A stretch of DNA of 64,000 nucleotides from an uncultured Verrucomicrobiae bacterium (GCA_963707025.1 CAVPOM010000012.1:128001-192000), one strand, 5' to 3'. Positions 1 through 10,757 are shown, counted from the first letter of the stretch. Numbers and translations are program-made. Notes: generated by a model not told the origin, from the letters alone.

Positions 1-1809
1 CAGCCCCGGCGCCAACGGCTGCGGCGGAGCGCTGTTCAACGCCGGAGTTGCCACAATCGCCAATTCCACTTTGTCAACTAATATCGCTGTTGGAGGGACC
101 GGCGGCAGTGGCGCAGATGGAGGAGGCGGTAACGGCGCCTCCGGCGGCTTAGGTTATGGCGGTGCGATTTATAACTCCGGCGAGGTGAGGTTGACCAACT
201 GTACAGTTGAACGGGAACACCGCCGCTGGAGGGGCTGGCGGCATCGGTGGCAACGGCATCACCGGCGGCCAAGGCGGAGGGGACGGCGGCAATGGCGCAC
301 CGGGCGGCTCCAGCTATGGTGGCGCCCTATTCAATGGTGGAGTTGCAAGATTAGCTAACACGACAATTAGCGGGAATGCGAGCACTGGTGGCTCCGGGGG
401 CGGTGGCGGAATGGGCGGTAGTGACGGCTATTACCCTCCTCATTCCGGGGCTGATGGTGGCAAAGGTAACGCCGGCGGCTCCGGTTCAGGCGGCGGTATC
501 TATGATCTGACTGGCCAATGTTTCTTGACCAACTGCACGCTCGCCTTCAATGCGGCGATTGCGGGTGAAGGGGGAGCTGGCGGAGCAGGCGGTGATGGGC
601 AATTCAGCGGCGGAGTTCCTGGTCTTCCTGGCCCTGCTGGCTCCGCCAGCGGCGGAGGCATCAACGCAAACGGCGGCTCATTCCTGATCAACGCGCTTTT
701 AGCCTCCAACGCTCCCGGCAACGCCTCCGGCGGCATCATTGACGGCGGGCACAACCTTAGTTCGGACAACAGTTGTGGCTTTAGCCACGTTGGCAGCCTG
801 AACAACGCGAACCCACTGCTAGGCCCGTTGATGGACAACGGAGGCCCCACCCTAACCATGGCGCTGATGCCGGGCAGTCCGGCCATTGATGCCGGTGACA
901 ACGGAGCCGCCCCGCCAATAGATCAACGGGGTGTTCCGCGACCAGTCGGTTTGGCGTCTGATATCGGCGCTTACGAATGCGGTCCGCCGGGCATAATCAT
1001 GCCTCCGCAAACTCAAAGTGTAGCCTCAGGGTCCACCGTTGATTTCTCTGCGTCCGCCGCGGGTTACCCTCCCCTGAGTTATCAGTGGTTTTTCAACGGC
1101 GCCACCGTTATCACCGGCGCCACCAATTCCGTTCTGCACCTTGTCAACGTCCAACCCTCCCAGTCCGGGGCGTATGCCTTGGTGGTGACCAATGCCCTCG
1201 GAGCGGCGACCAGTTCGCCCGCCATGCTCGACGCGGTTTTCCGGAAAGTGACGAGATGCACAGAAACCATCTTGCGTTTGGCACTGGCCGAAGGAGGAAC
1301 GGTCAGGTTTGCCGGCGACGGCACGATCACGCTGAGCAATACAATTGTGATCGGAACAAACACCGTGCTCGACGGCAGTGGTCGGCAAGTGACCATCAGC
1401 GGCGGCAATCTCGTCCGGGTGTTCTATGTCAATACTAACGCAACTCTCACCCTGGTCAATCTGACTATTGCCGATGGCTTGAGCACAAATGGGTATGGCG
1501 GAGGGATTTACAATGAGGGCACGTTCAACGCCACGAACTGCCTTTTTGCCGCCAATACGGTCCAGAGCGCGGAGGGCGGTTACATGGGCATTCCTGCTCA
1601 GGACGGCTGCGGTGGTGCGGTGTATAACTCTGGCGCGCTGAACCTCATTGATTGCTCATTCGTCTCGAATTCTGCCTGCGGTGGGCAAGGAGGTAATTAC
1701 GCCGCCGGCGGCGGAGGAGGAGGTGGGGGTGCGGTGTATAACTCCGGAGCACTGGACATCGTTGATTGCGTGCTTATCCGGTTGATTGACAACTTTGGAA
1801 ATTTAGTGA

Positions 1810-2301
1810 TTGACAAAATTTAGGCGGGAGGAAAAGCTGGCCGCTGTGAACGGCAAATGCGCCAATCCTCTCAATGTTGGCTTCCGTGTCTGGATCGAAG
1901 CTGGACTACATGAGCACGGACATGATAAAGTGAATGTCCCGCCCCAGACCAGTGGCACGGTTATTCGAGTGTGGCAGGAGTTTTACACCATTGACCAGCG
2001 CCTTTACCGGATCAAATGGGATTCCGGTCAGGAAAGTGTCCACTACTGCACAGAGTTGACCTCCATCGGGCAGAGTCACAGTTTGAGTGATTTCCTTAAC
2101 CTTATTGAATCGCAGGCGGCCAGGATGAATATTGTGAGAGGGCCAAACGGTGGGCTGCGCAGAGCAAAGATAATCCTCAAAAATAGCGATTGGATTGATG
2201 GCCTTTATGGGTTGGAAGAACGGTTGGCCGCAATTGGTGTTCCCATACAAACCGAGATTATTGAGAGAAAAAAGCGTTCAGCACCCCATGCTCACTATTA
2301 A
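1810..2301 (+). CDS. IS passenger hypothetical protein, possible N-terminal SH3-like barrel (start may be GTG 1846)
   Basis: 163-aa ORF inside the IS with G.RV...GTV..V...YRIKWDSG pattern; TTGACA boxes at 1786 and 1810. Confidence 0.55.
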   Translation: MTKFRREEKLAAVNGKCANPLNVGFRVWIEAGLHEHGHDKVNVPPQTSGTVIRVWQEFYTIDQRLYRIKWDSGQESVHYCTELTSIGQSHSLSDFLNLIESQAARMNIVRGPNGGLRRAKIILKNSDWIDGLYGLEERLAAIGVPIQTEIIERKKRSAPHAHY

Positions 2302-2520
2302 AACAAACTCTTTAGGCTTAACGGGATTGCGCCGCGCCCAGTCAAGAATGTCCTTTAGATGGCGCTCATCACAGGCGCTGGCGCACAGCGTGACAATTGG
2401 AATGCGCAGCCTTTTTTCACCTCTCTCAAGGCCCTCTTCGTTATTGCGGATGATGTCCGGCAGATCGCCGAGAATTTGGACTTTTTGGTCCCATGTGAGT
2501 TTTGGGGTTTTTAAGTTCAT
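2278..2520 (-). CDS. IS passenger hypothetical protein (80 aa)
   Basis: ATG-started ORF downstream of, and co-oriented with, the transposase. Confidence 0.45.
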   Translation of the reverse strand: MNLKTPKLTWDQKVQILGDLPDIIRNNEEGLERGEKRLRIPIVTLCASACDERHLKDILDWARRNPVKPKEFVLIVSMGC

Positions 2521-2626
2521 AATATGAAAACAAAAACTGTTACCCCTTCACCGAAAAATCGGCTCAAGAGGATGCGACGGATGTTCGACAAGAACCGGAC
2601 GATTCTAGCCGAGGACTACGAGCATT

Positions 2627-3646
2627 TCACGCAGCGTGCCGCCACTCCCCTGAGTAAAGCTGGGCATACGTCGGAGAAACAGACCGCGCAGCCAATCCAA
2701 GAACCGAGTTAAACGCCGTCATTGGATAGAAGCGCCGATTGAAGCGGAAGACATATTCATTGAGGTACGCCTGCAAATGATGCTGGCCAATGGCTCCGTG
2801 ATGGGTTCCAAGAATCCAAGTTTTGAGATTGGAAAAGACTAGGTGAATCATCGGGAGATGGCCTTCGGCTTTGTCGGGATCGCCAGACAACGCCAGTGGA
2901 TCGTGAAGATAACCGAGTGACGGAAGCGCATCGTAGCCCGTCCAGGCATCCGTCCGAACGGTCGCATTCTCCGCGATAGTCTCAGAGATAAACGGAAGCA
3001 AGTCCTCTGCGCCGCGAGAGGCGACAACGCGAAGCCGTAACCGGCCCGCATAAACGAGTTTCTTGAGTGGCACGCCGCCTGAGTGAGCTTGCTTATATTT
3101 GGCGGCGCGTTCCTCGGAATCTTTCCGCTCCCTGACTTCGACGGCCCCCACCACTACAGCCATGTGGTGAACGCCACTCCCCTCCCCGCGTGTGCGGCCA
3201 CCGACAAAGCACTCATCTACCTCGACAGGATGCTCTGTCCCAATGCGGTCCCGCTCAGGGCGAACCATTCCAGCGCGCAGTTTGTGGAGAATCTGAAAGG
3301 CAGTCTCATAGCGCGTAAGGCCAAGTTGTCTTTGGAATTGAAGAGCTGACTGGCCGGGTGTTTGAGTTGTGGCGAGATACGCCGCCCAGAACCAAGTTGA
3401 AAGTGCGCTATGGGTGGACTCCATCACTGTGCCAGCGGTGAGTGACGCATTTTTCTTGCACGCGCGGCAACGAAGGACTATAGAAGAACGAGTCGGAAAG
3501 CGATACGGCTCCCCGACATGCTGGCACTTGGGGCAAGTGAAGCCATGCGGCCAACGAACAGACTCAAGGTATCTGGCGCAAGCATGATCGTCCGGGAATA
3601 CCTTTTGGAATTCCGGGAGACTGGTGGGGAAGCCACGAGGGTCCAT
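2627..3646 (-). CDS. IS1595-family transposase
   Basis: Zn ribbon CPKC...CRAC, HTH region, VEVDECFVGG, VRTDAWTGY, IHLVFSNLK, YLNEYVFRFNRR. Confidence 0.95.
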   Translation of the reverse strand: MDPRGFPTSLPEFQKVFPDDHACARYLESVRWPHGFTCPKCQHVGEPYRFPTRSSIVLRCRACKKNASLTAGTVMESTHSALSTWFWAAYLATTQTPGQSALQFQRQLGLTRYETAFQILHKLRAGMVRPERDRIGTEHPVEVDECFVGGRTRGEGSGVHHMAVVVGAVEVRERKDSEERAAKYKQAHSGGVPLKKLVYAGRLRLRVVASRGAEDLLPFISETIAENATVRTDAWTGYDALPSLGYLHDPLALSGDPDKAEGHLPMIHLVFSNLKTWILGTHHGAIGQHHLQAYLNEYVFRFNRRFYPMTAFNSVLGLAARSVSPTYAQLYSGEWRHAA

Positions 3647-3674
3647 AAAATTATGAATATTAGAAAAGACAGCA

Positions 3675-3923
3675 CTATTCCTGATTATGCTCTGGGGGCG
3701 GCTCATCTGTTAGCCCCGATTCCCGAAGAGCCTTTCGGTAAAGGTCGCGGCGCAGTTGAGCAGATTCTTCCGCCCAATGGGCCTGGACTGTTATCGCGGG
3801 AACGCCCCGGTGGGCCGCAACAAGTTCCACCAGGAGCAGTTGATTCTCATAAACATCGGCCTGAAGGCAGGCCAACTTCCATAAGACGGATCTGGCGAAC
3901 GCTTTCTGTTCTGGTGTTTCCAT
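3675..3923 (-). CDS. IS passenger hypothetical protein (82 aa, helical)
   Basis: METPEQKAFARS... On the minus strand it follows TTGACA (in the right IR)-18 nt-TAATTT-5 nt-ATG. Confidence 0.5.
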   Translation of the reverse strand: METPEQKAFARSVLWKLACLQADVYENQLLLVELVAAHRGVPAITVQAHWAEESAQLRRDLYRKALRESGLTDEPPPEHNQE

Positions 3924-5057
3924 CCCGAAAATTACGCTAAAAAATCGGGATTTGTCAACCAACCGGATAAGCACGGTTGATTGCTCATTCGTCTCGAATT
4001 CTGCCCTCGGTGGGCAAGGCAATCTTCAAAATTGGGAATTCGGCATGGGTGGCGGTGGTGGTCGTGGTGGTGGTGGTGCCATCTGCAATCTGGGAGGTAT
4101 GGTAATTGAGCGGAGTCTGTTCGCCAGCAATTCTACCGTCGGTGGCGTTGGCGGGGTTGGTCATGACGGCGGGAACGGAGATTCGTACGACTGGCCGGTT
4201 CCCATGGCTGGACCAGGCGGCCCCGGTGGTGACGCTTGCGGTGGAGCGCTTTTTGTCGGCGGCCCTTCCAGTTTGGTCAATTGCACTCTAACAGGCAACC
4301 AAGCCCTCGGAGGTTCCGGTGGTCAAGGCGGGAGCGGTGCCACCTTTTACAATTTTGAGAACGGGCAGGTGACATACTTCCCCCCCGGTGGCGAAGGTTC
4401 TGGCGGCACAGCCAGCGGAGCGGTGTGCGACGCTACGGGAGCGCTTCGTCTGACCAATTGCACGATAGACTTTAATTCCAGCGTTGGCGGTCCCGGCGGC
4501 GGTGTGTCTGCCGGCGCGCTTCAAACGGCCAACGGTGTTTTGGTCAATTGCCTCCTGGATGGCGACTCCCCCACGAACGCTACCGGCAGCATCGCTGACG
4601 CGGGACACAACCTTAGCTCCGACGCCAGTTGCGCTTTTACCAACCTCGGCAGCCTGAACAACATAGATCCAAAGCTGGGCCCGCTGGCGGACAACGGGGG
4701 CCCCACGCTGACCATGGCCTTATTGCCCGGCAGCCCGGCGATTGATGCCGGGGATACCTCTCTTGCCCCGCCGACTGATCAACGCGGCTTCCCCCGGCCA
4801 GCCGGCCTGGCTGCCGATATCGGTGCTTTCGAATACGGCTCGGTCATGCCGGCTCTCGCCGTCAGCCGATCCGGCGCCACGGGTCTGAACATCCTGGGCC
4901 GGGGCAACGCCGGCCAACCCTGCCGCTTGCTCTGGAGCTCGGATTTATCGTCTTGGGTTCCGATGGCCACCAACTGCCTCGGCAGCGACGGAACGATTCT
5001 GTTTCACGACAATTGCGCCCCTGGCGGTGCCTGCCGCTTTTATCTGCTGGTCATGCC

Positions 5058-6697
5058 ATGAGCCTTCTCAACCACTTTATGAGCCCAAAATCTGAATTCA
5101 AAAACGGATGGCGGATACAATTCAAACGACCCCTGGCCGCGCGGGCCGGCGTGCTGTTGCTGTGCCTGGCCGCCGCCGGCAGCCCGGCGCAAACTCACAC
5201 GGTCACGAGCTGCACAGAGGCGGCTCTGCGCTCGGCCATGGCGGGAGGAGGAACGGTCACCTTTGCCTGCAGCGGCACGATCACGCTGGCAAATACAGTG
5301 GTGATCGGAACGGACACCACGCTCGATGGCAGTGGCCAGCGAGTGACCATCAGCGGCAGCAATGTCGTCCGGGTGTTCTATGTCAATACTAACGCAACTC
5401 TCACCCTGGTCAATCTGACCATTGCCAATGGCTGGAGCCTGGATTGTTATGGCGGTGGCATTCACAATGAGGGCACGTTAAACGCCACGAACTGTCATTT
5501 TGTCGCCAATACGATCCAAGGTCCGCCGGGCCTCTACCCGGGCGCTCCTTATGCGGCCGGTGGTGCGGTTTATAACACCGGTGCATTGAACATGATTGAT
5601 TGCTCATTCGTATGGAATTCTGCCGGTGGCCTCTCGGGCGTCGGTTTCGCACCACCCGGAATGAACGGAGGGGCCGCCGAGGGTGGCGCCATCTACAATT
5701 TAGGCGGCATGGTAATCGAGCGAAGTCTGTTCGCCAGCAATACCGCCGTCGGTGGCGCTGGCGGGAATGGTCAGAACGGCGGGAACGGAGATTCGTACGA
5801 CTGGCCGGTTCCCATGGCTGGACCAGGCGGCCCCGGTGGTGACGCTTGCGGTGGAGCGCTTTTTGTCGGCGGCCCTTCCAGTTTGGTCAATTGCACTCTA
5901 ACGGGCAACCAGGCCACCGGAGGTTCCGGTGGTCAAGGCGGGAGAGGTGCCACCTTTTACAATTTTGAGAACGGGCAGGTGACATACTTTCCCCCCGGTG
6001 GCGGAGGTTCTGGCGGCGCGGCCAGCGGAGCGGTGTGCGACGCAACGGGATCGCTTCGTCTGACCAATTGCACGATAGCCTTTAATTCCAGCGTTGGCGG
6101 TCCCGGCGGCCTTGCCGGCAATGGCATTCCAGGAGCCAGCGGCGCGAGTGCTGGCGCGCTCCAATCGCCAAACGGTCTTTTGGCGAATTGCCTCCTGGAT
6201 GGCAATTCCCCCACCAATTGTAACGGCAGCATCGCTGACGCAGGATACAACCTTAGCTCCGACGCCAGTTGCGTTCTTACCAACCTCGGCAGCCTGAGCA
6301 ACATAGATCCAAAGCTGGGCCCGCTGGCGGACAACGGGGGCCCCACGCTGACCATGGCCTTATTGCCCGGCAGCCCGGCGATTGATGCCGGGAATACCTC
6401 CCTTGCCCCCGCGACCGATCAACGCGGCTACCCGCGGCCGGCCTGGCCTCCGACATCGGTGCGTTCGAATACGGCTCGGTGATGCCGGCTATCGCCGTCA
6501 GCCGGTCCGGCGCCAGCGGTCTGAACATCCTGGGCAGCGGCAACGCCGGCCAACCCTGCCGGTTGCTCTCCAGCACGGATTTATCGTCTTGGGTTCCGGT
6601 GGCCACCAACTGCATCGGGAGCGACGGAACGATTCTGTTTCACGACAATTGCGCCCCTGGCGGTGCCTGCCGCTTTTATCTGCTGGTCATGCCATGA
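5058..6697 (+). CDS. Paralogous secreted Gly-rich choice-of-anchor-Q-type protein; frameshift near 6440 (4-nt loss in CCGG run)
   Basis: ATGA overlap with upstream stop; signal peptide VLLLCLAAAGSPA|QT; near-identical to 3976-5061; ORF 6479-6697 supplies the matching C-terminus. Confidence 0.85.
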
Positions 6698-7232
6698 TCC
6701 AGGCGGCGGCGGCGGCCAGGTCGTCCACCACCACGGCGGCGGCCAAACGCGGGTCGCCGGACTTTTCCACTTCCCGCCCGTAGCCGGTGCGGACCAGAAT
6801 GCTCTTCTTGACGCCGGCGTTCCAGCCGCATTCCAGGTCAATCATTTTGTCTCCCACCAGGTAACTCTCCTCCAGGCGCAGGCCGAATTCATCGCGCGCG
6901 TCAAGCAGAAACCGGGGGGACGGTTTGCGTCCGCGCGAGGGCTGCTCCGGCGCTTCCGGGGCAATGTAAATCTTGTCCAGGCGCACGCCCTCCCGCGCCA
7001 GATCGGCCGCCAGGCGGGCGTTGACTTTGGCCACATCCTCCAGGGTGAAGCGGCCGCGGCCGACGCCGGATTGATTGGAGACGATGAACAACTTGAAGCC
7101 GGCCTCCTGCAAGCGCCGCAACGCCGCCGCCGCTCCGGGAAGAAGGGCGACTTCCTCCGGGCGGTGCAGATATTCCTTTTCCTGGATCAGAGTTCCGTCC
7201 CGATCCAGGAAGATGGCGCGCGGCAGATTCAA
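6687..7232 (-). CDS. gmhB: D-glycero-D-manno-heptose 1,7-bisphosphate phosphatase-like HAD-IIIA hydrolase
   Basis: AIFLDRDGTL, VSNQSGVGRG, RKPSP, VGDK..D; start codon uncertain. Confidence 0.85.
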   Translation of the reverse strand: MNLPRAIFLDRDGTLIQEKEYLHRPEEVALLPGAAAALRRLQEAGFKLFIVSNQSGVGRGRFTLEDVAKVNARLAADLAREGVRLDKIYIAPEAPEQPSRGRKPSPRFLLDARDEFGLRLEESYLVGDKMIDLECGWNAGVKKSILVRTGYGREVEKSGDPRLAAAVVVDDLAAAAAWIMA

Positions 7233-7525
7233 GCTGAGGATGTATAACAAACGGGAGCGTGGGATGCAAATTGCGGATTGCAGATTGCCGCAGTCGCCGC
7301 GCCCGGCAGGGCTGCCAATGAACCAGGCGATGGGACAAACACCGGCGCGAATTCTTTTTACCGGAGGAAAGACAAACGCGAGCAAGTGTGCTTTAATGGC
7401 TGCGTGAAACGAGATGTGAAACACGACAGACGGCCAGCCTTCATCCCGCCCCGCGGGAAGAGCACGCTTGCAGCCCGCGCTCCTCAGTTTGCATTTTGCA
7501 TTTATCATTTTGCCTTTCCCTTCCC

Positions 7526-8314
7526 ATGTCCTTTTCATTTGTTTTTTTAGGCTCCGGCACCTCCCAGGGCGTGCCGGTGATCGGGCAGGAATATCCGCCG
7601 GAATTCCTGGCCAATCCAAAAAACCATCGCACCCGCCCCTCCCTCTATGTCGCCACCCCGCACATCAAACTGGTGATTGACACCACCCCGGAATTCCGCC
7701 TGCAAATGCTGCGCGAGAATATCCGCTGGCTGGACGCCGTCCTCTTCACCCATTCCCATGCCGATCACATCATGGGCCTGGACGATTGCCGGCGCTTTTG
7801 CGATCTGCGCGGCGGGACCGGCCTGCCGATTTATGCCGGTGAAAAAACGATGGAGGATTTGCGGCGCGTCTTCCAATACGCCTTCGCCGGCCAGCCCATT
7901 CCCAAGGGCTATTTCATCCCCGAGCCCCACCTCATCAACGGCCCGTTCGCGCTGGGCGATTTGCAAATTGTTCCGCTGGCCCTCCCCCACGGGCGCACCG
8001 TGACCAACGGCTACCTTTTTTTGCAGGACGGCAAAAAACGCCTCGCCTATTTGAGCGATTGCAAGGAAGTGCCGCCGCCGGCGGTCGCGGAAGTCCGCGG
8101 GGTGCAGGCCGCCGTGCTCGACGCCTTGCGCCGCGCCCCCCATCCCACCCACATGTGCCTGGACGAGGCCCTGACGGCGGCGCGGCGCATCGGCGCGGGT
8201 CAGACTTACTTCACCCATTTGACCCACGATTTCGATCACGACCTGGCCCAGGCCGAATTGCCCCACGGCGTCCAGTTCGCCTACGACGGCCTGCGGGTGG
8301 ATCTGGCCGCATGA
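7526..8314 (+). CDS. MBL-fold metallo-hydrolase (PhnP-like)
   Basis: [20 protein letters not shown] (HxHxDH), AYDG C-terminus. Confidence 0.9.
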   Translation: MSFSFVFLGSGTSQGVPVIGQEYPPEFLANPKNHRTRPSLYVATPHIKLVIDTTPEFRLQMLRENIRWLDAVLFTHSHADHIMGLDDCRRFCDLRGGTGLPIYAGEKTMEDLRRVFQYAFAGQPIPKGYFIPEPHLINGPFALGDLQIVPLALPHGRTVTNGYLFLQDGKKRLAYLSDCKEVPPPAVAEVRGVQAAVLDALRRAPHPTHMCLDEALTAARRIGAGQTYFTHLTHDFDHDLAQAELPHGVQFAYDGLRVDLAA

Positions 8315-8315
8315 C

Positions 8316-9323
8316 TCAATTCCCCAAATTGCCGCGGCTGGAATAGCCGTCTCGGGAACCGTCCTGCGCCAGCAACAGAGTTCGCATCTCCGGCCTTAAT
8401 CGCTCGATCCTCCCGGCTCCGGGCGCCCCCTCCACCAGCAGGGCCGTGGACAGCGCATCGGTCTCCGTCGCCGATGGCAGCGCCACCGCCGCCAGCACCG
8501 CCCGGGCCGCCGGCTCGCCCGTGCGCGGGTCCAGCACATGCCCGTAAGCCTTCCCGCCCGCCTCGAAGGTTCTTCCCCAAACCGCCGAAACGGAAAGTGC
8601 CTCATCCCGCAACCGCACAACCATAGGGGCCATGGGGGCCATAGGGGTCAAACCATACTCCTTAGGGGTCAAACCATATATTTGCTCATTTTCGCTGCTT
8701 TCCGGGCCTGACGCCACCGCCACCTGCCACGCCTCCGCCCCCGGCGGCGTGCCGATGGCGTAAGTGGTGCTCGTGCCGCCGTGGAGCAAGGCGCTCCTCA
8801 CCCCGCACTCCCGCAGCAGGCGCGCCGCGCAATCAATCGCATGCCCCTTGCCTATCGCCCCCAGATCAATCATCACCCCGGCGCGATCAAAACGGACCGA
8901 AAAATCAGCCCCATCCAGGCTGACATGGCGCATCCCCACCAGCGCGCGCGCCGCGGCCAGTTCCTCCGGCTCCGGCAAATGCCCCTGGCCGCCCATGAAG
9001 CCCCAGCAGCGCACCAGGGGGCCGATGGTGATGTCGAAGGCCCCGCCGGTTTCCTCATGCAATTGCCGCGCCTTTTCCAGCAAACCAAACACCGGGGGAC
9101 TGACCCGCACCGCCTGCCGCGCCGCCAGCGCGTTGACCCGCGCAATCTGGCTGGTGGGACGGTACAGGCTCAACTGGGCTTCCAGCCGGTCCACCTCGTC
9201 CAGCGCCTCCTCTCCGGCCGCCCGCAAGGCCGCCTCCTTTCCGCCGTGCAGCAAAATCTCAAACCGCGTCGCCATGGCATGACGCGCCACCTTCACCATC
9301 CCATCATGCGTTTCGCTCTTCAC
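8316..9323 (-). CDS. apbE: FAD:protein FMN transferase
   Basis: AMAT, GAFDITIGPL, DLGAIGKG, GHVLDPRTG, DALSTA. Confidence 0.9.
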   Translation of the reverse strand: MKSETHDGMVKVARHAMATRFEILLHGGKEAALRAAGEEALDEVDRLEAQLSLYRPTSQIARVNALAARQAVRVSPPVFGLLEKARQLHEETGGAFDITIGPLVRCWGFMGGQGHLPEPEELAAARALVGMRHVSLDGADFSVRFDRAGVMIDLGAIGKGHAIDCAARLLRECGVRSALLHGGTSTTYAIGTPPGAEAWQVAVASGPESSENEQIYGLTPKEYGLTPMAPMAPMVVRLRDEALSVSAVWGRTFEAGGKAYGHVLDPRTGEPAARAVLAAVALPSATETDALSTALLVEGAPGAGRIERLRPEMRTLLLAQDGSRDGYSSRGNLGN

Positions 9324-9359
9324 TCTCCACCCGCCGGATTGGGGGGTGCAATGTCAAGA

Positions 9360-10757
9360 CTAGGATTTCTCCAGCGTCCCATAAGTGATCGCCGGCACTT
9401 CCTCCCCCTTGCCGTTGGTGATCTTGCGCGTCTTTTCGTCGAACAGGCACATCATGTTCAGGCGGTTGGACATTTCCGCCAGCGACAGCACCGTTTGCAC
9501 GCGAATGGCCAGATCCACGTTCGCATTGGGAACCGCATTGTCGCGGATGCAGTCAAACCAATTCTTTTCGTGCCCCTCGATCGTTTCCGTCGGTTTGAGG
9601 TCGTTAAACGTCGCCGGATCCATGCCCTCGTCGTCGGAGAACGGCACTTCCGGGTCTAATTTCACGCTGTTCCCACCAATCACCAGCGTCGCCTTGTGTC
9701 CGCGCATGATGGTGGTCAGGCCCAGTTGGTTGACCGTGCCGGAGATCATGAGCAGCGCCAAACCGCTCGGAAATTCCGCCACCAGTTGCACGTCCTCCGG
9801 ACAATCCCGCTCCGGCAAGGCAGGCTTGTTCCCGTTCTTGTCCGCGTCAATCGGATTTTGGCCCAGGCACACCACTCGCCTCGGAAATTCCGGGTTGCCC
9901 GTCGCCAGCATCAATGGATGCATGCGGTGCGGGAACAAGTCCCCCAGCGGCCCCGCGCAATACGGGTAATACTTGCGCCAGCGCACAAACCGCTCCCAAT
10001 CATACGGCACCTTGTTATGGACCTGCCCCTGCCACTTCTCCCAATTGATGTCGCCCGCCTTCATCCAGTCGGCAAAGATGAAGGGCGACGTGTTCCATTC
10101 CCCTTCCTTGCTGTTGCGCATGTAGGATTCCTGCCCCAGCACCAGCTTGCCGACTTTTCCCTTCATGACCAAGTCCCGCGCCTTGGCCCACTTGGCGTCC
10201 GAACACGCCTGGGAACCGACCTGGAAAACCAATTTCGGGTTCTTCTTGGCCTGATCGTGCAAGGCAAACGCCTCCCCCAAATACCGCGCCATCGGCTTTT
10301 CCAGATAGACATGTTTGCCCGCTTGCAACGCCGCCACGGCCGTTGCGGCGTGCCACTGGTCCGCCGTCGAGATGGTGACCGCTTGCACATCCTTGTTGGC
10401 CAGCAACTCCTCAAAATTCTCGTAAGCCACGCAACTTCCCCCGACTGCGGCTTTGGCCGCGTCCCGGCGATGCGCCGACAAATCGCACACCGCCGCCTGC
10501 GCGATGTTGTTGTCCGCGGCGTGGTCCTTTTGCAGGCCGATGTGCAGCGTCCCCTGCAACCCCGCCCCGATGTAGCCGACCACAATCCGGTTGTTCGCCC
10601 CCACCACCGTGCCGGGGGCTGGCGCCTGCGTCTGGCCATAGACCGGCGTTTTAAATATATTGGCGCTGGCCGCCAGGGCGGCGCCGGCCAGGGTGGATTT
10701 TAGAAACTCCCGCCGGGTCGCCCCGCGGGCCTTGCTGATTTTCGTTGGCTGATTCAC
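9360..10757 (-). CDS. Tat-exported Gfo/Idh/MocA-family oxidoreductase
   Basis: TRREFLK twin-arginine signal, IGAGLQG, KHVYLEKP; GTG start inferred. Confidence 0.9.
   Translation of the reverse strand: MNQPTKISKARGATRREFLKSTLAGAALAASANIFKTPVYGQTQAPAPGTVVGANNRIVVGYIGAGLQGTLHIGLQKDHAADNNIAQAAVCDLSAHRRDAAKAAVGGSCVAYENFEELLANKDVQAVTISTADQWHAATAVAALQAGKHVYLEKPMARYLGEAFALHDQAKKNPKLVFQVGSQACSDAKWAKARDLVMKGKVGKLVLGQESYMRNSKEGEWNTSPFIFADWMKAGDINWEKWQGQVHNKVPYDWERFVRWRKYYPYCAGPLGDLFPHRMHPLMLATGNPEFPRRVVCLGQNPIDADKNGNKPALPERDCPEDVQLVAEFPSGLALLMISGTVNQLGLTTIMRGHKATLVIGGNSVKLDPEVPFSDDEGMDPATFNDLKPTETIEGHEKNWFDCIRDNAVPNANVDLAIRVQTVLSLAEMSNRLNMMCLFDEKTRKITNGKGEEVPAITYGTLEKS

Larger units (their letters stand above)
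1769..3975 (-). mobile_element. IS1595-family insertion sequence (ISSod11-like DDH..K signature) carrying passenger ORFs
   Basis: 24-bp terminal IRs CGTGCTTATCCGGTTGATTGACAA (1769-1792) and TTGTCAACCAACCGGATAAGCACG (3952-3975), 1 mismatch; 8-bp TSD GTTGATTG at 1761-1768 and 3976-3983. Confidence 0.95.
1..5061 (+). pseudogene. Gly-rich beta-helix/choice-of-anchor-Q-type surface protein with Ig-like domain; 5' end outside window; interrupted by IS1595 element (1769-3975); +1 frameshift near 205
   Basis: GGAIYN/GGALFN repeats and two 'P.LGPL.DNGGPTLTMAL.PGSPAIDAG...DQRG..R..DIGA.E' motifs. Removing the IS plus one TSD (2215 nt) fuses ORF 207 in frame with ORF 3952 and restores DIVDCSFVSNSA, matching the upstream repeat NLIDCSFVSNSA. 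Confidence 0.85.

Noticed and set aside
3976..6697. Near-identical repeats plus Avd-like (four-helix-bundle) relics suggested a diversity-generating retroelement
   Set aside because: No reverse transcriptase in the window, differences are not restricted to adenines, and both copies are coding paralogs.
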